From: Candidatus Saccharimonadales bacterium | GTDB lineage: Bacteria; Patescibacteriota; WWE3; UBA101185; UBA10185 | Assembly (NCBI GenBank): GCA_035480775.1 | Contig: DATIHK010000077.1 | Span: 1 to 33,494 of the forward strand | Direction of reading: 5' to 3' | Length of the DNA stretch: 33,494 bases | Part shown: positions 25,467 through 33,494 of the stretch, one piece after another | How the letters are laid out: each line of letters opens with the position of its first letter | Numbering within the stretch: position 1 is the stretch's first letter | Program-made: the position numbers and the translations under genes | The notes under the pieces: generated by a model | What the model saw: only the letters and a program-made list of their open reading frames with translations | Database searches by the model: none | Told to the model about the DNA's origin: nothing

Positions 25467-26417
25467 CTAAGGAGCTGCTTGCGTTTGGGCCGGGAAGGTG
25501 ACGCTTGGATTGTTGCCGCCGCCGACTGAGACCACGAGATTGTTGGCTTTCTGGGAATTGAGCCAGATCAGTTGCAGGTAGGCGATGCAAGACTCGGATG
25601 TGGTCATCTTGGCAATAATGCAGGCCGTGAGATGCCCGTTGGCCAACTTCTGTGCGACCTCGACCTGTGTGTCAGCTTGAATGCCAGCGGTTTTTTGCTG
25701 AATTTCAGCCGCCTGCAGTTCAAAGTTCGCCTGGTCTATCTTGGTCTGCGACAAAAATGCTTGGTCGTAGGCCGCCTCGAGATCCTTGTCGGTGAATTGC
25801 CAGGTTTTCAGTGAGATGATGTGCGGTAAAACATGCAGCTTTTCGAATGCATCCGCAGTCTGCCTTCTAATCTCTTCGACCACGGCGTTTCGGTTGTCGG
25901 TCAGATCTCGCGGGACAAAGAGCGCCGTTGCATTGGCCGTCCCTTGCGTGATTTCTGTCTGCCACGCCGTTGTGATGACATCGAGGCCGCCGTTATACCT
26001 GGCGTATTGCTCGGCCCAATTAATCTGCGTGCTATCGATGGTGAAGCACACATTAACGGTGACTCCGGCGCCGCCCTTAACACTGGGGGTCAGAATCGGG
26101 CACCATTGCCAGTCGGACTGATAAGGGTATTCAAACGTATCTCTGAAAAACCAAGGCACGCTTTGGATTCCGGGGTAGCGTAACTGCGCTTCTGGCTTTC
26201 CGGTTCCCTGGTTGACTACAACCACAGCCTTGTTCGGGGCAACCGCGATCGTTGAGCCGGTGTAAAACCAGAGAAAGCCGAAGACCAATGTCAGCAGGCC
26301 CATGGTACCAGCTCCGCCCTTTCTGTTTTGCACAAGCAGAGCAATGGCCGAGACGAGCGCACACAGAGCCGCGATCGCCATTACAGACGAAAAAAGTGAG
26401 TTAAGAAAAAACCACAT
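25467..26417 (-). CDS. SPFH/band-7 (prohibitin-like) membrane protein (unit 5); start moved to the ATG at 26417
   Basis: Two N-terminal TM helices, SPFH-like core, Ala/Gln coiled coil; SD GGAGG 5 nt upstream; TTGAGT-17-TATAAT (26514-26486). Confidence 0.75.
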   Translation of the reverse strand: MWFFLNSLFSSVMAIAALCALVSAIALLVQNRKGGAGTMGLLTLVFGFLWFYTGSTIAVAPNKAVVVVNQGTGKPEAQLRYPGIQSVPWFFRDTFEYPYQSDWQWCPILTPSVKGGAGVTVNVCFTIDSTQINWAEQYARYNGGLDVITTAWQTEITQGTANATALFVPRDLTDNRNAVVEEIRRQTADAFEKLHVLPHIISLKTWQFTDKDLEAAYDQAFLSQTKIDQANFELQAAEIQQKTAGIQADTQVEVAQKLANGHLTACIIAKMTTSESCIAYLQLIWLNSQKANNLVVSVGGGNNPSVTFPAQTQAAP

Positions 26418-26547
26418 GGTATCCTCCAATAGGGATAGATGTTCGGTGGGCAACTCGTCTCCGTCGAGTTGTTTTTACTCGGCGGATTATACCAAAAAAA
26501 GGTCCTCGACTCAAGAGCTATAGGGTATGTATTATAAGTGTTGATAA

Positions 26548-27231
26548 TTACTTTTCGAGTTTGTTATACAAAACAGCCATAACATATAGCCAGACAGTTC
26601 CTATTAAGTAAGACCCTAAAACATCAGAAAACCAGTGCGCTCCTATATAAATGCGTGAAATACCAATTCCTATAAGAAGTATCGCTAAAATAAGTAAAAG
26701 CGAGTTTCGCAAAAACGACTTTTTAAATTTAGTAAAAAGAAAAATAAATAAAAATCCAAACAGTCCAATAAAATGCAAAACATGTCCAGATGGAAAACTG
26801 TCATTTTTGACAAAAATTCCAATTTGATGAATGAGTAGAGCATTAGGCCTTGGTCTGGCAACGAGCTCTTTTACTAATAAGCCAATAAGTGAAACTCCAC
26901 AACTTGAAATAAGCATTACAACTACAGCACTATAACGCTTTATCAATAAAAGTATAAATGATATAAGCAAGATACTTATAGCCGCAGCTACAGGATTTCC
27001 TAAATTTGTTAGTGTAAACATAAAAACATCAAATCCGGGAAAAGTTATTTGTTGTATTGATCGAGTAATAACTAAATCAAAACTAAAGTACGGAAAATTT
27101 CGAGCTAAAAATGCCAACACAATAAATACTCCTATCAATATTATAAGAAAGTCTTGTACAACAGAAATTCTCTGAAAAAATGTTGGTTTTGCAACAGTGT
27201 GCTTTTCGATGGTTTGCTGTGTTACTCTCAT
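26548..27231 (-). CDS. PAP2-family phosphatase (undecaprenyl-PP phosphatase-like)
   Basis: KELVARPRP, SFPSGH, SRIYIGAHWFSDVLG. Confidence 0.93.
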   Translation of the reverse strand: MRVTQQTIEKHTVAKPTFFQRISVVQDFLIILIGVFIVLAFLARNFPYFSFDLVITRSIQQITFPGFDVFMFTLTNLGNPVAAAISILLISFILLLIKRYSAVVVMLISSCGVSLIGLLVKELVARPRPNALLIHQIGIFVKNDSFPSGHVLHFIGLFGFLFIFLFTKFKKSFLRNSLLLILAILLIGIGISRIYIGAHWFSDVLGSYLIGTVWLYVMAVLYNKLEK

Positions 27232-27306
27232 ATTTAAATTATAGCGTAACTATGTAAAGTCCACTTTACTTTTTTTTGCTTAAAAGAGTGTATATACTGC
27301 AGATAC

Positions 27307-28005
27307 ATGAAGCAGCTACACGAAATTCAATTAAATATTTTACGGGATTTATTATTTTCTGATGTACTACGCTATTCAGATATCAAACCTGTAGATATGG
27401 AAAACAGTCAGATTGTGTTTCATATAGATAAACTTATCGAAAATGGCTTGGTCACCAAAGTAGATACTTTATATAAACTTACCGATGCCGGAAAAGAATA
27501 CGCCAATCAAATAGACACCGATATAGTAAAAGTTCCGCACGCCGTAAAAGCTACAACTATTTTTTGCGCGGTTAGAAATGCTTCTTCCGAAAAAGAATAT
27601 TTAATATATAAACGACTTAAAAATCCATTTTATGGGTGTCTGGGTTTTCCAACAGAAAAACCAAAATGGGGCGAAACTTTAGAAGGCGCTGCCAAACGTG
27701 GATTAAAAGAAGAAGCAAATTTAGATGGAGAAGGTAAATTATTTGCGATTAGACACTACTTAGTTTTTTCAAAAGAAAGTGGTGAGATCGTTGAAGATAA
27801 ATTGATGCATGCATTTTTGTTTATAAATCCAACGGGAAATTTAGCTGGAAATATAGAGGGCGATTACCAATGGATTAAAGAAAGTGAGTTGTCTCAAAAA
27901 GTTATTCCAGCGCTTGAAGAGTTTTCTGAAATATTAGAGGCTTTAAATAATTTTAACGGAGTTGTAAGTTTTAAAGAATTAAAAATAGCAACTTCTAAAT
28001 TTTGA
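27307..28005 (+). CDS. Winged-HTH + Nudix-domain protein
   Basis: N-terminal wHTH (FHIDKLIENGLV..YKLTDAG); variant Nudix box GETLEGAAKRGLKEEANL. Confidence 0.82.
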   Translation: MKQLHEIQLNILRDLLFSDVLRYSDIKPVDMENSQIVFHIDKLIENGLVTKVDTLYKLTDAGKEYANQIDTDIVKVPHAVKATTIFCAVRNASSEKEYLIYKRLKNPFYGCLGFPTEKPKWGETLEGAAKRGLKEEANLDGEGKLFAIRHYLVFSKESGEIVEDKLMHAFLFINPTGNLAGNIEGDYQWIKESELSQKVIPALEEFSEILEALNNFNGVVSFKELKIATSKF

Positions 28006-28006
28006 T

Positions 28007-28444
28007 ATGAAAATTACATTGTGTGGAAGTGTTACATTTTTAGATGAAATGAATAAAATGACCCAGGAACTTTTGGAAATAGGGTTTTCTGAAGTTCTAC
28101 TTCCGGTTGGATTTGGAGGAAATGAGCGCAAACATAAAGCCGAATTAACCGTCGAAGAAGATGGTCAAAGAAAAATTGAGCACAATTTAATAGAAAAGCA
28201 TTATATAAAAATACTCAATTCTGATTGTGTTTTAATAGTAAATTATACAAAAAACGGTGTTGAAAACTACATTGGTGGTAATACTTTGCTTGAAATTGGA
28301 TTCGCATTCGTTAACAAAAAGCCAATCTATCTTTTGAATCCAATTCCTTCTATTCACTATGCGCCTGAAATCTTAGGAATGCAGCCAACTATTTTAAATG
28401 GTGATATTTATAAATTAAAGAAATTAGTTGATCAATATGCTTAA
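28007..28444 (+). CDS. Nucleoside 2-deoxyribosyltransferase-like (NDT-fold) protein
   Basis: ITLCGS, SDCVLIVN, YIGGNTLLEIGFAFVNKKPIYL. Confidence 0.65.
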   Translation: MKITLCGSVTFLDEMNKMTQELLEIGFSEVLLPVGFGGNERKHKAELTVEEDGQRKIEHNLIEKHYIKILNSDCVLIVNYTKNGVENYIGGNTLLEIGFAFVNKKPIYLLNPIPSIHYAPEILGMQPTILNGDIYKLKKLVDQYA

Positions 28445-29396
28445 TGTTCTAAAAACCACAAAATTTGTTGTCGATAATTCGCAATCGGTAAAAATAAACA
28501 ATGCTAATTTAAAAAAAATGGGCGCAAGTGTTACAGAAAAAGAATTAAAACTTAGTGATTTAGATTTAAGTTCTAACAACTGGAATTTTAATCAATTGCA
28601 CTACCTTACTCTTGTTTTTAATGCTCTGGTTTATAACTTTTGGGCCGAAAAAGATCAACCAAAATGGACAATTAAAACAAATAAAACAACTCTGGATGGA
28701 AGTGTTGCACTTTTTTTGGCTCTCGAAATTGAAGCTCAAACAAACAAAGATTTTTTCAAACCACAGTACCTTGCCAACTTCTCTTATGAAAATGCAAAAA
28801 AACTTTTTAAAGGTAACACAGAAATTCCACTATTTCATAATCGAGTTAGTTGTATACGCGAACTTGGCTATGTTTTAAAAAATAAATTTTCATCTAATGC
28901 TAATAAAATAATTGATGTTTCTAATCGAGATGCCGTTAAAGTTGTAGAATTTTTAAGCGAGACAATGCCTTTGTTTAACGATGTTCGTTCATATAAAGGT
29001 ACAAAAGTTGGATTTTATAAGCGTGCTACACTTCACGCGAAAATGCTCAACGATTTATTAAAAAAATACAATAAGTCCCAACTAAAAAACATGCACAAGC
29101 TCACCGCCATCGCTGATTATAAAATTCCACAAATTTTACGCAGTGTAGGAATATTTGAATACTCAAGTGATTTGGCGGAACACATCGATTCTTACAAAAT
29201 AGTCAACGAAAATAGCGAATACGAAGTCGAAATTCGAGCAGCTACAATTTGGGCTGTAAAATATTTGACACATGAAATAAACAAAAAGTTTCCTCACATT
29301 GTGGCGGTAGATACTGATAATATTTTATGGAAATTGTCGCAAAACGCTACACCGAACTTTAAACCTTACCATCGAACGTACACAATCGATTACTAA
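28437..29396 (+). CDS. Queuosine salvage protein (QNG1/DUF2419 family); start probably ATG 28437
   Basis: FYKRA, LTAIADYKIPQILR, EVEIRAAT, D..LW, PYHRTYTIDY end. Confidence 0.88.
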   Translation: MLNVLKTTKFVVDNSQSVKINNANLKKMGASVTEKELKLSDLDLSSNNWNFNQLHYLTLVFNALVYNFWAEKDQPKWTIKTNKTTLDGSVALFLALEIEAQTNKDFFKPQYLANFSYENAKKLFKGNTEIPLFHNRVSCIRELGYVLKNKFSSNANKIIDVSNRDAVKVVEFLSETMPLFNDVRSYKGTKVGFYKRATLHAKMLNDLLKKYNKSQLKNMHKLTAIADYKIPQILRSVGIFEYSSDLAEHIDSYKIVNENSEYEVEIRAATIWAVKYLTHEINKKFPHIVAVDTDNILWKLSQNATPNFKPYHRTYTIDY

Positions 29397-29443
29397 AAAT
29401 AAAACGGCCACACAAATGCGTAACTTAACATATGTATGGCCGC
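29395..29443 (-). terminator. 14-bp 3' hairpin + U-tail of unit 6
   Basis: Sense strand: cggccatacatatg-ttaagttacg-catttgtgtggccg-ttttattttt. Confidence 0.72.
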
Positions 29444-29475
29444 TCGTCTTGCAATAATTCTGTACCTACTTTTGG

Positions 29476-29862
29476 CTAGTCAGCTTCGATCAAATGATCT
29501 ATGTCGTCGAGTGTGAGAGCTACGCCCATTTTGACTTCAAAAGAAGGGGTGGAAAGCGTCATCAACTGCGCAATAGCATTATGAATCACTTGCTCGGATG
29601 TGCCGCCCAAAACACCTTTGTGTACGAGTGAGAGTTCTTTAAAAGCCAAAAGCAGCTTTTTTCGGATATCTTTGATTTTGTCCCAGTTGCAATGGTCTGC
29701 CGATGCCAAAAGCTCGACTGTGACTTCTCCTGCCCTGGGTTTTCCATACACATGTAAGATCGGAACACCTGACTTCTGGATGATCGTATAGATCATTTCG
29801 TATTCGCTCGTGAAGCCAAGCCACCTTAGTCCACCTGTTGAACGTACTCTTGCGATGGTCAT
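29476..29862 (-). CDS. Orphan protein (unit 6)
   Basis: GC higher than flanks; TTGTAT-17-TATAAT (29938-29910); about 40-nt leader with only a weak SD; own hairpin. Confidence 0.68.
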   Translation of the reverse strand: MTIARVRSTGGLRWLGFTSEYEMIYTIIQKSGVPILHVYGKPRAGEVTVELLASADHCNWDKIKDIRKKLLLAFKELSLVHKGVLGGTSEQVIHNAIAQLMTLSTPSFEVKMGVALTLDDIDHLIEAD

Positions 29863-29953
29863 GTTATTCTCGCTTTCTTATTTGAGATGGTAAGTTAAAT
29901 GCTGAAAAGATTATACGGTAATAATTGTACGCATACAACTGCTATAGGTTTTG

Positions 29954-30607
29954 TTAGTTATTGGGAGCTGCGCCGAAAATAATTAATTTAGTACCGGTAC
30001 CGTTTTCTTGCTCTGACGACGCCCAGTTAAATACTTCGGCTGCTTGATCAGTTCTCATATTTATACATCCGTGACTCATGGGGTGTCCAAAGTTATGATG
30101 CCAGTAAGTCCCGTGAATTCCATATCCTTTATATTTTGGTACATCTGCATTGTAAAAAAACATTGTATACGGAACATTTGGGAGATCATAAAAAGTATTT
30201 ATAGCTTTGGATCCTCCCACCATATGTACATACCTTAATTTTGTCCAGATTCTAAATTCACCTGTAGGAGTTGGAGCCCATTTCCCGGTTGAAACCAAAT
30301 AAGAATGAATTTTTTTACTTCCTTCATAAGTAGTTAATGTTTGTGTTGTTAAATTAACTTCGATGCGCTTTTCTTTTCTGTTAGAGTGCGAGCCCAAAAC
30401 ATTTTCTGCTAGTTGTGTCGGAGTCGGAATTTCGGTGGGAACTTGCACTTTTTCTCCGTGAAATTCGGCGGTTTTTGCATTAGAATCGAAAGTTTCTTGG
30501 AGTAAATTGGGATTTATGTTTGCTTGCCTATTTAGATATTGCAAAACAGGTTTGTACAGTATGACTAAAGCAATTATGGGCAAAATAATTAAGGCAAGGC
30601 GCTTCAT
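29954..30607 (-). CDS. L,D-transpeptidase (YkuD domain)
   Basis: VSTGKWAPTPTG.F, GIHGTYWH..FG..MSHGCINM. Confidence 0.93.
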   Translation of the reverse strand: MKRLALIILPIIALVILYKPVLQYLNRQANINPNLLQETFDSNAKTAEFHGEKVQVPTEIPTPTQLAENVLGSHSNRKEKRIEVNLTTQTLTTYEGSKKIHSYLVSTGKWAPTPTGEFRIWTKLRYVHMVGGSKAINTFYDLPNVPYTMFFYNADVPKYKGYGIHGTYWHHNFGHPMSHGCINMRTDQAAEVFNWASSEQENGTGTKLIIFGAAPNN

Positions 30608-30652
30608 GTAAATAAATTATACTATTATTTTGTTGGAGTTGGATAAATTTAT

Positions 30653-30688
30653 AAAAAGAAGCGCGGATACAAAATAATATCCGCGCTT
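30653..30688 (-). terminator. 11-bp 3' hairpin + U-tail of unit 7
   Basis: Sense strand: aagcgcggata-ttattttg-tatccgcgctt-cttttt. Confidence 0.75.
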
Positions 30689-30710
30689 TGCGTAATTGGT
30701 AAAGCGAGTT

Positions 30711-31979
30711 CTAGGGGTTTGGCAGAGCAATCATTACTCGGTGTAAAGCAACTCCGCCCCACATTTCCAGATGCAACATACTGTTTACTCCTGGAACGAA
30801 AGCTGCCCAGCTTCCCATTGTTGGAAGGAAGTACAAGATCCAGTTGTTTGTTGGATCAGTTTGGGCATACGAGAAACTTGTGTAATCATCTCCAAGATCG
30901 GGCAAGGAGTGGTTCCAGGTGTCGCCGGGAATATTCCAAGCGCTATAGGGATAACCCTTGATGTACAGATTGTCTTCTCCATACCACAGCGGTTTGCTCC
31001 CCGGGCATTCGCTATAGGATCCTCCGCTATCTACCACATGTGTAACTGTCAGTGCTGAGTCGATAGAGGCGATACGACATTCGCTCTGTCCGTTCGGGTC
31101 GCCAACGTCTTTGAGCCAGTAATAGTAAAGCTGGCTGCCGTTTGGACTTAGCGATTCTTTCTGGCTAGTTACATCCAGCTGAGGAGCTGCAAGGCCCGTG
31201 GTATCTGTTAACCAATATGTGTTAGTAAACACATTGTAGGTTCCGTTGCCGAACTGCTCAAAAGTTCCGTAGGCGCGCACGCGGGATTGCTGATTGTGTC
31301 CAGCACTAACAACTTTGAGCGCGAGCAGCTTACCCGCTTGCAATTGCCAAGTTTGTAAGTCTGGATCAAAGCCGATATGTTCTGTTGTGACTGATCCATC
31401 ACCATGTACTTCTCCAAGATCAATTCCACCATACGGATTGCGTACGGCAAAGAATTGCCCATCGGAATAGATGGCTTCATAAGCTGTCCATAAGGAAGTG
31501 GTTACAGTTTGACCAGTCGTAAACGATTGATACGTCACCACGTTGTGATAAGGTGCTGTGGTGTTAAGCGTCACCAGTAGGTAATCGTTATCAGTTGGTA
31601 TTACCCAAGCGGAATCGAACTTGCCGTGGTTTACACCCGCAGACGTCTGGGTATTCACGCCAGTATTGGATCTGTGCACGATCTGCCATTGCGCATCCTG
31701 CCAGACAATAGCGTAGGTGATAGCCCAAGATTCTACCTGAGTAGCTGTTGCGGTGGGGGTTTGTGTTGGTGTCTGTGAAGGCGAAGGAGTGCTTGTAGAA
31801 GTTGCTATAGCGGTTGCCGTTGGTGATGGCGTTGCGGTGATGTCGTCAGCTACGCGCACTACCAGTGGCATATAAATCGTGTGATTTTCGCCGGCCTGTG
31901 CTCCGTTGACGATCAACAAGAGCGGGAGCGACAAAACAACTACAAGACTTACTATGCCCCAAAGCTTGCTTCTGTTCAT
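30711..31979 (-). CDS. Secreted orphan protein with an IYMPLV motif, a Thr/Pro linker and a beta-rich body (unit 7)
   Basis: Signal peptide ending AQA; SD AGGAGGT 6 nt upstream; TATAAT at 32015-32010; about 50% GC. Confidence 0.82.
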   Translation of the reverse strand: MNRSKLWGIVSLVVVLSLPLLLIVNGAQAGENHTIYMPLVVRVADDITATPSPTATAIATSTSTPSPSQTPTQTPTATATQVESWAITYAIVWQDAQWQIVHRSNTGVNTQTSAGVNHGKFDSAWVIPTDNDYLLVTLNTTAPYHNVVTYQSFTTGQTVTTSLWTAYEAIYSDGQFFAVRNPYGGIDLGEVHGDGSVTTEHIGFDPDLQTWQLQAGKLLALKVVSAGHNQQSRVRAYGTFEQFGNGTYNVFTNTYWLTDTTGLAAPQLDVTSQKESLSPNGSQLYYYWLKDVGDPNGQSECRIASIDSALTVTHVVDSGGSYSECPGSKPLWYGEDNLYIKGYPYSAWNIPGDTWNHSLPDLGDDYTSFSYAQTDPTNNWILYFLPTMGSWAAFVPGVNSMLHLEMWGGVALHRVMIALPNP

Positions 31980-32101
31980 TTTTGAACCTCCTGGGATTGT
32001 TTAAATAGGATTATACACTATAAGATATAGGGGACAAATAAGCGCAAAGCTCCAATAAAGATAAAACTTATACAGCGTTATAGACTTAAGCATAAAATGT
32101 A

Positions 32102-33136
32102 ATGTACAATTATCCCAAGGTGAAAAAATTATTATTATTATTAATTTTCACGTTAGGATTGGGATTAGTTGTATTTATAAATCCAGTCATTAGATCTAAT
32201 ATTGCTTATCTACTTAATCCTAGCTTAAGAGATAACGTTTTAAGTTCGACTAAATCACCATCAATATGGAATACTCCACCTTATGCCACTCCGAATCCTA
32301 CTGTTTCTATTCTGCCTACTGAAGGTGCAAGAGGCATTCCATTTGGAGCTTATGGAAATACAGTAGATTTATTTGGAAATCCTTTTACAGGGGGTTTAAT
32401 AAGCCTCAAACCTAATGATTTTGCATTATCAAAAAGTGTTTTGGATCAAGCCAAAGCAAAAAAAGTTCGTGTAGTAATTGCTTTGGTTGGAGAAAGAACT
32501 AATTTTCAAAATGCAGATAAATCGTTTTCTTTGTCTAAATGGAAAGCCCAATTAGATAGATGGAAAGATTTTGATTTTTCACCTTATATCTCAAGTGGAA
32601 CTATTATTGGCTTCAGAATGATTGATGAACCACAAGATTCGTGCGGCAACTGGAACTGTAAACCAATTCCATATTCAGATATCGAAGCAGCTGCAGCATA
32701 TAGCAAATCTTTATGGCCCAAACTACCTACAGGTGTTGGTTCTAACCCCTGCTTTTTAAAAGGTGGTGCGCCTTGGAAGTCACTAGATTTTGTATTAATT
32801 CCATTTACAGAAAAAAAGTTAAATGCGCGTGATGATTGTGATAATGTTTTTACAAATGCTGCAGATTTTGCAAAGAAAACATCAGCACAAGCTAGTGCGA
32901 TTGGTTTAAAGTTTGCACTTGATCCAAATGTTACACACGGAGGAACTCCTAACGGAAATTCCATAACAGCAGCAAATCTTGAAAGTGATGTGAGAGCTTT
33001 TTCTGCTATGAGACCATGTGCTGTTTTGATGTGGGATTACGATCAAAGTTACTTTTCCCAGTCTTCTGTCTCAACAGTAGTAAATAGATTGGCTACTTTA
33101 CTGAGTAATTTACCTTCATCTTCTTGTTCAAGATAA
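32102..33136 (+). CDS. Membrane-anchored putative glycoside hydrolase-like (TIM-barrel) protein
   Basis: N-terminal TM, P/T linker, IIGFRMIDEP (clan GH-A-like DEP), LMWDY. Confidence 0.55.
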   Translation: MYNYPKVKKLLLLLIFTLGLGLVVFINPVIRSNIAYLLNPSLRDNVLSSTKSPSIWNTPPYATPNPTVSILPTEGARGIPFGAYGNTVDLFGNPFTGGLISLKPNDFALSKSVLDQAKAKKVRVVIALVGERTNFQNADKSFSLSKWKAQLDRWKDFDFSPYISSGTIIGFRMIDEPQDSCGNWNCKPIPYSDIEAAAAYSKSLWPKLPTGVGSNPCFLKGGAPWKSLDFVLIPFTEKKLNARDDCDNVFTNAADFAKKTSAQASAIGLKFALDPNVTHGGTPNGNSITAANLESDVRAFSAMRPCAVLMWDYDQSYFSQSSVSTVVNRLATLLSNLPSSSCSR

Positions 33137-33187
33137 ATGTCATAGTTTGGTGAGTCCAGCGGGATTTGGTTGGAACTTTTATTAGTA

Positions 33188-33494
33188 TTATTTTTGATAA
33201 TATTTAAAAGTCTTAACATCTGCAGGGACATAATATTCCACAAAAAAACGAGGATCAGTAATTACAGGCAATACAAAAAAATAAAATTTTAATCCATGCA
33301 TACTTTTTATTGCAAATCCATCTATTTGATATTTTTCGGAATTATATGTATTAAGATTTGACCAAAGTTCTCTAAAAGTATCATTTTCCAACATTCTTTT
33401 AATCAAATCTTTATACCATCGTTCTTTGGTTCTACCAGATTGGCTTAATTGAAAATCAACTAACATATTTATATAAAATGATTTATCTTCTTGT
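33188..33494 (-). CDS. C-terminal part of a MmyB-like regulator (ligand-binding domain), cut by the window edge
   Basis: Frame open to base 33494; FRELW..., RFFVEYYVPAD. Confidence 0.55.
   Translation of the reverse strand, partial: QEDKSFYINMLVDFQLSQSGRTKERWYKDLIKRMLENDTFRELWSNLNTYNSEKYQIDGFAIKSMHGLKFYFFVLPVITDPRFFVEYYVPADVKTFKYYQK

Noticed and set aside
25366-26523. Several 60-116 aa ORFs overlapping the SPFH gene
   Set aside because: Antisense or off-frame shadows with no initiation signals or recognisable motifs.
14932-30688. Long 3' hairpins read as integron attC sites
   Set aside because: They lack proper RYYYAAC/GTTRRRY ends (GTT runs into T-tracts), the units are dispersed and carry their own promoters, and no integrase is present.
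31735-31845. Repetitive Thr/Pro codons read as a tandem DNA repeat or CRISPR
   Set aside because: A degenerate protein-linker repeat with no fixed repeat-spacer periodicity.

Overview
AT-rich bacterial chromosomal segment whose gene content and style suggest a Patescibacteria/CPR (Microgenomates/WWE3-like) genome; this taxonomy is inferred. The left half is housekeeping: rpmH-rnpA-yidD-yidC-jag-dnaN (no dnaA seen), a tRNA-binding protein, miaB, miaA, RNase P RNA (rnpB), mltG, ftsEX with a coiled-coil/C39-like partner, tsaE and a mini tsaB. The right half holds a sugar-nucleotide/glycosyltransferase cluster, an RRM protein, a Nudix/NDT-like/queuosine-salvage operon, an L,D-transpeptidase and surface proteins. 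The most striking pattern is two expression formats. Most AT-rich resident genes look leaderless, with a -10 box 6-9 nt before the start codon. Seven scattered, GC-richer orphan genes are stand-alone units, each with a sigma70-like promoter, a 5' leader, usually a strong Shine-Dalgarno, and a long 3' hairpin plus U-tail. One of these units is a clear homolog of its AT-rich leaderless neighbour. No integrase, transposase, CRISPR array, tRNA or rRNA was seen. All coordinates and alignments were read by eye.
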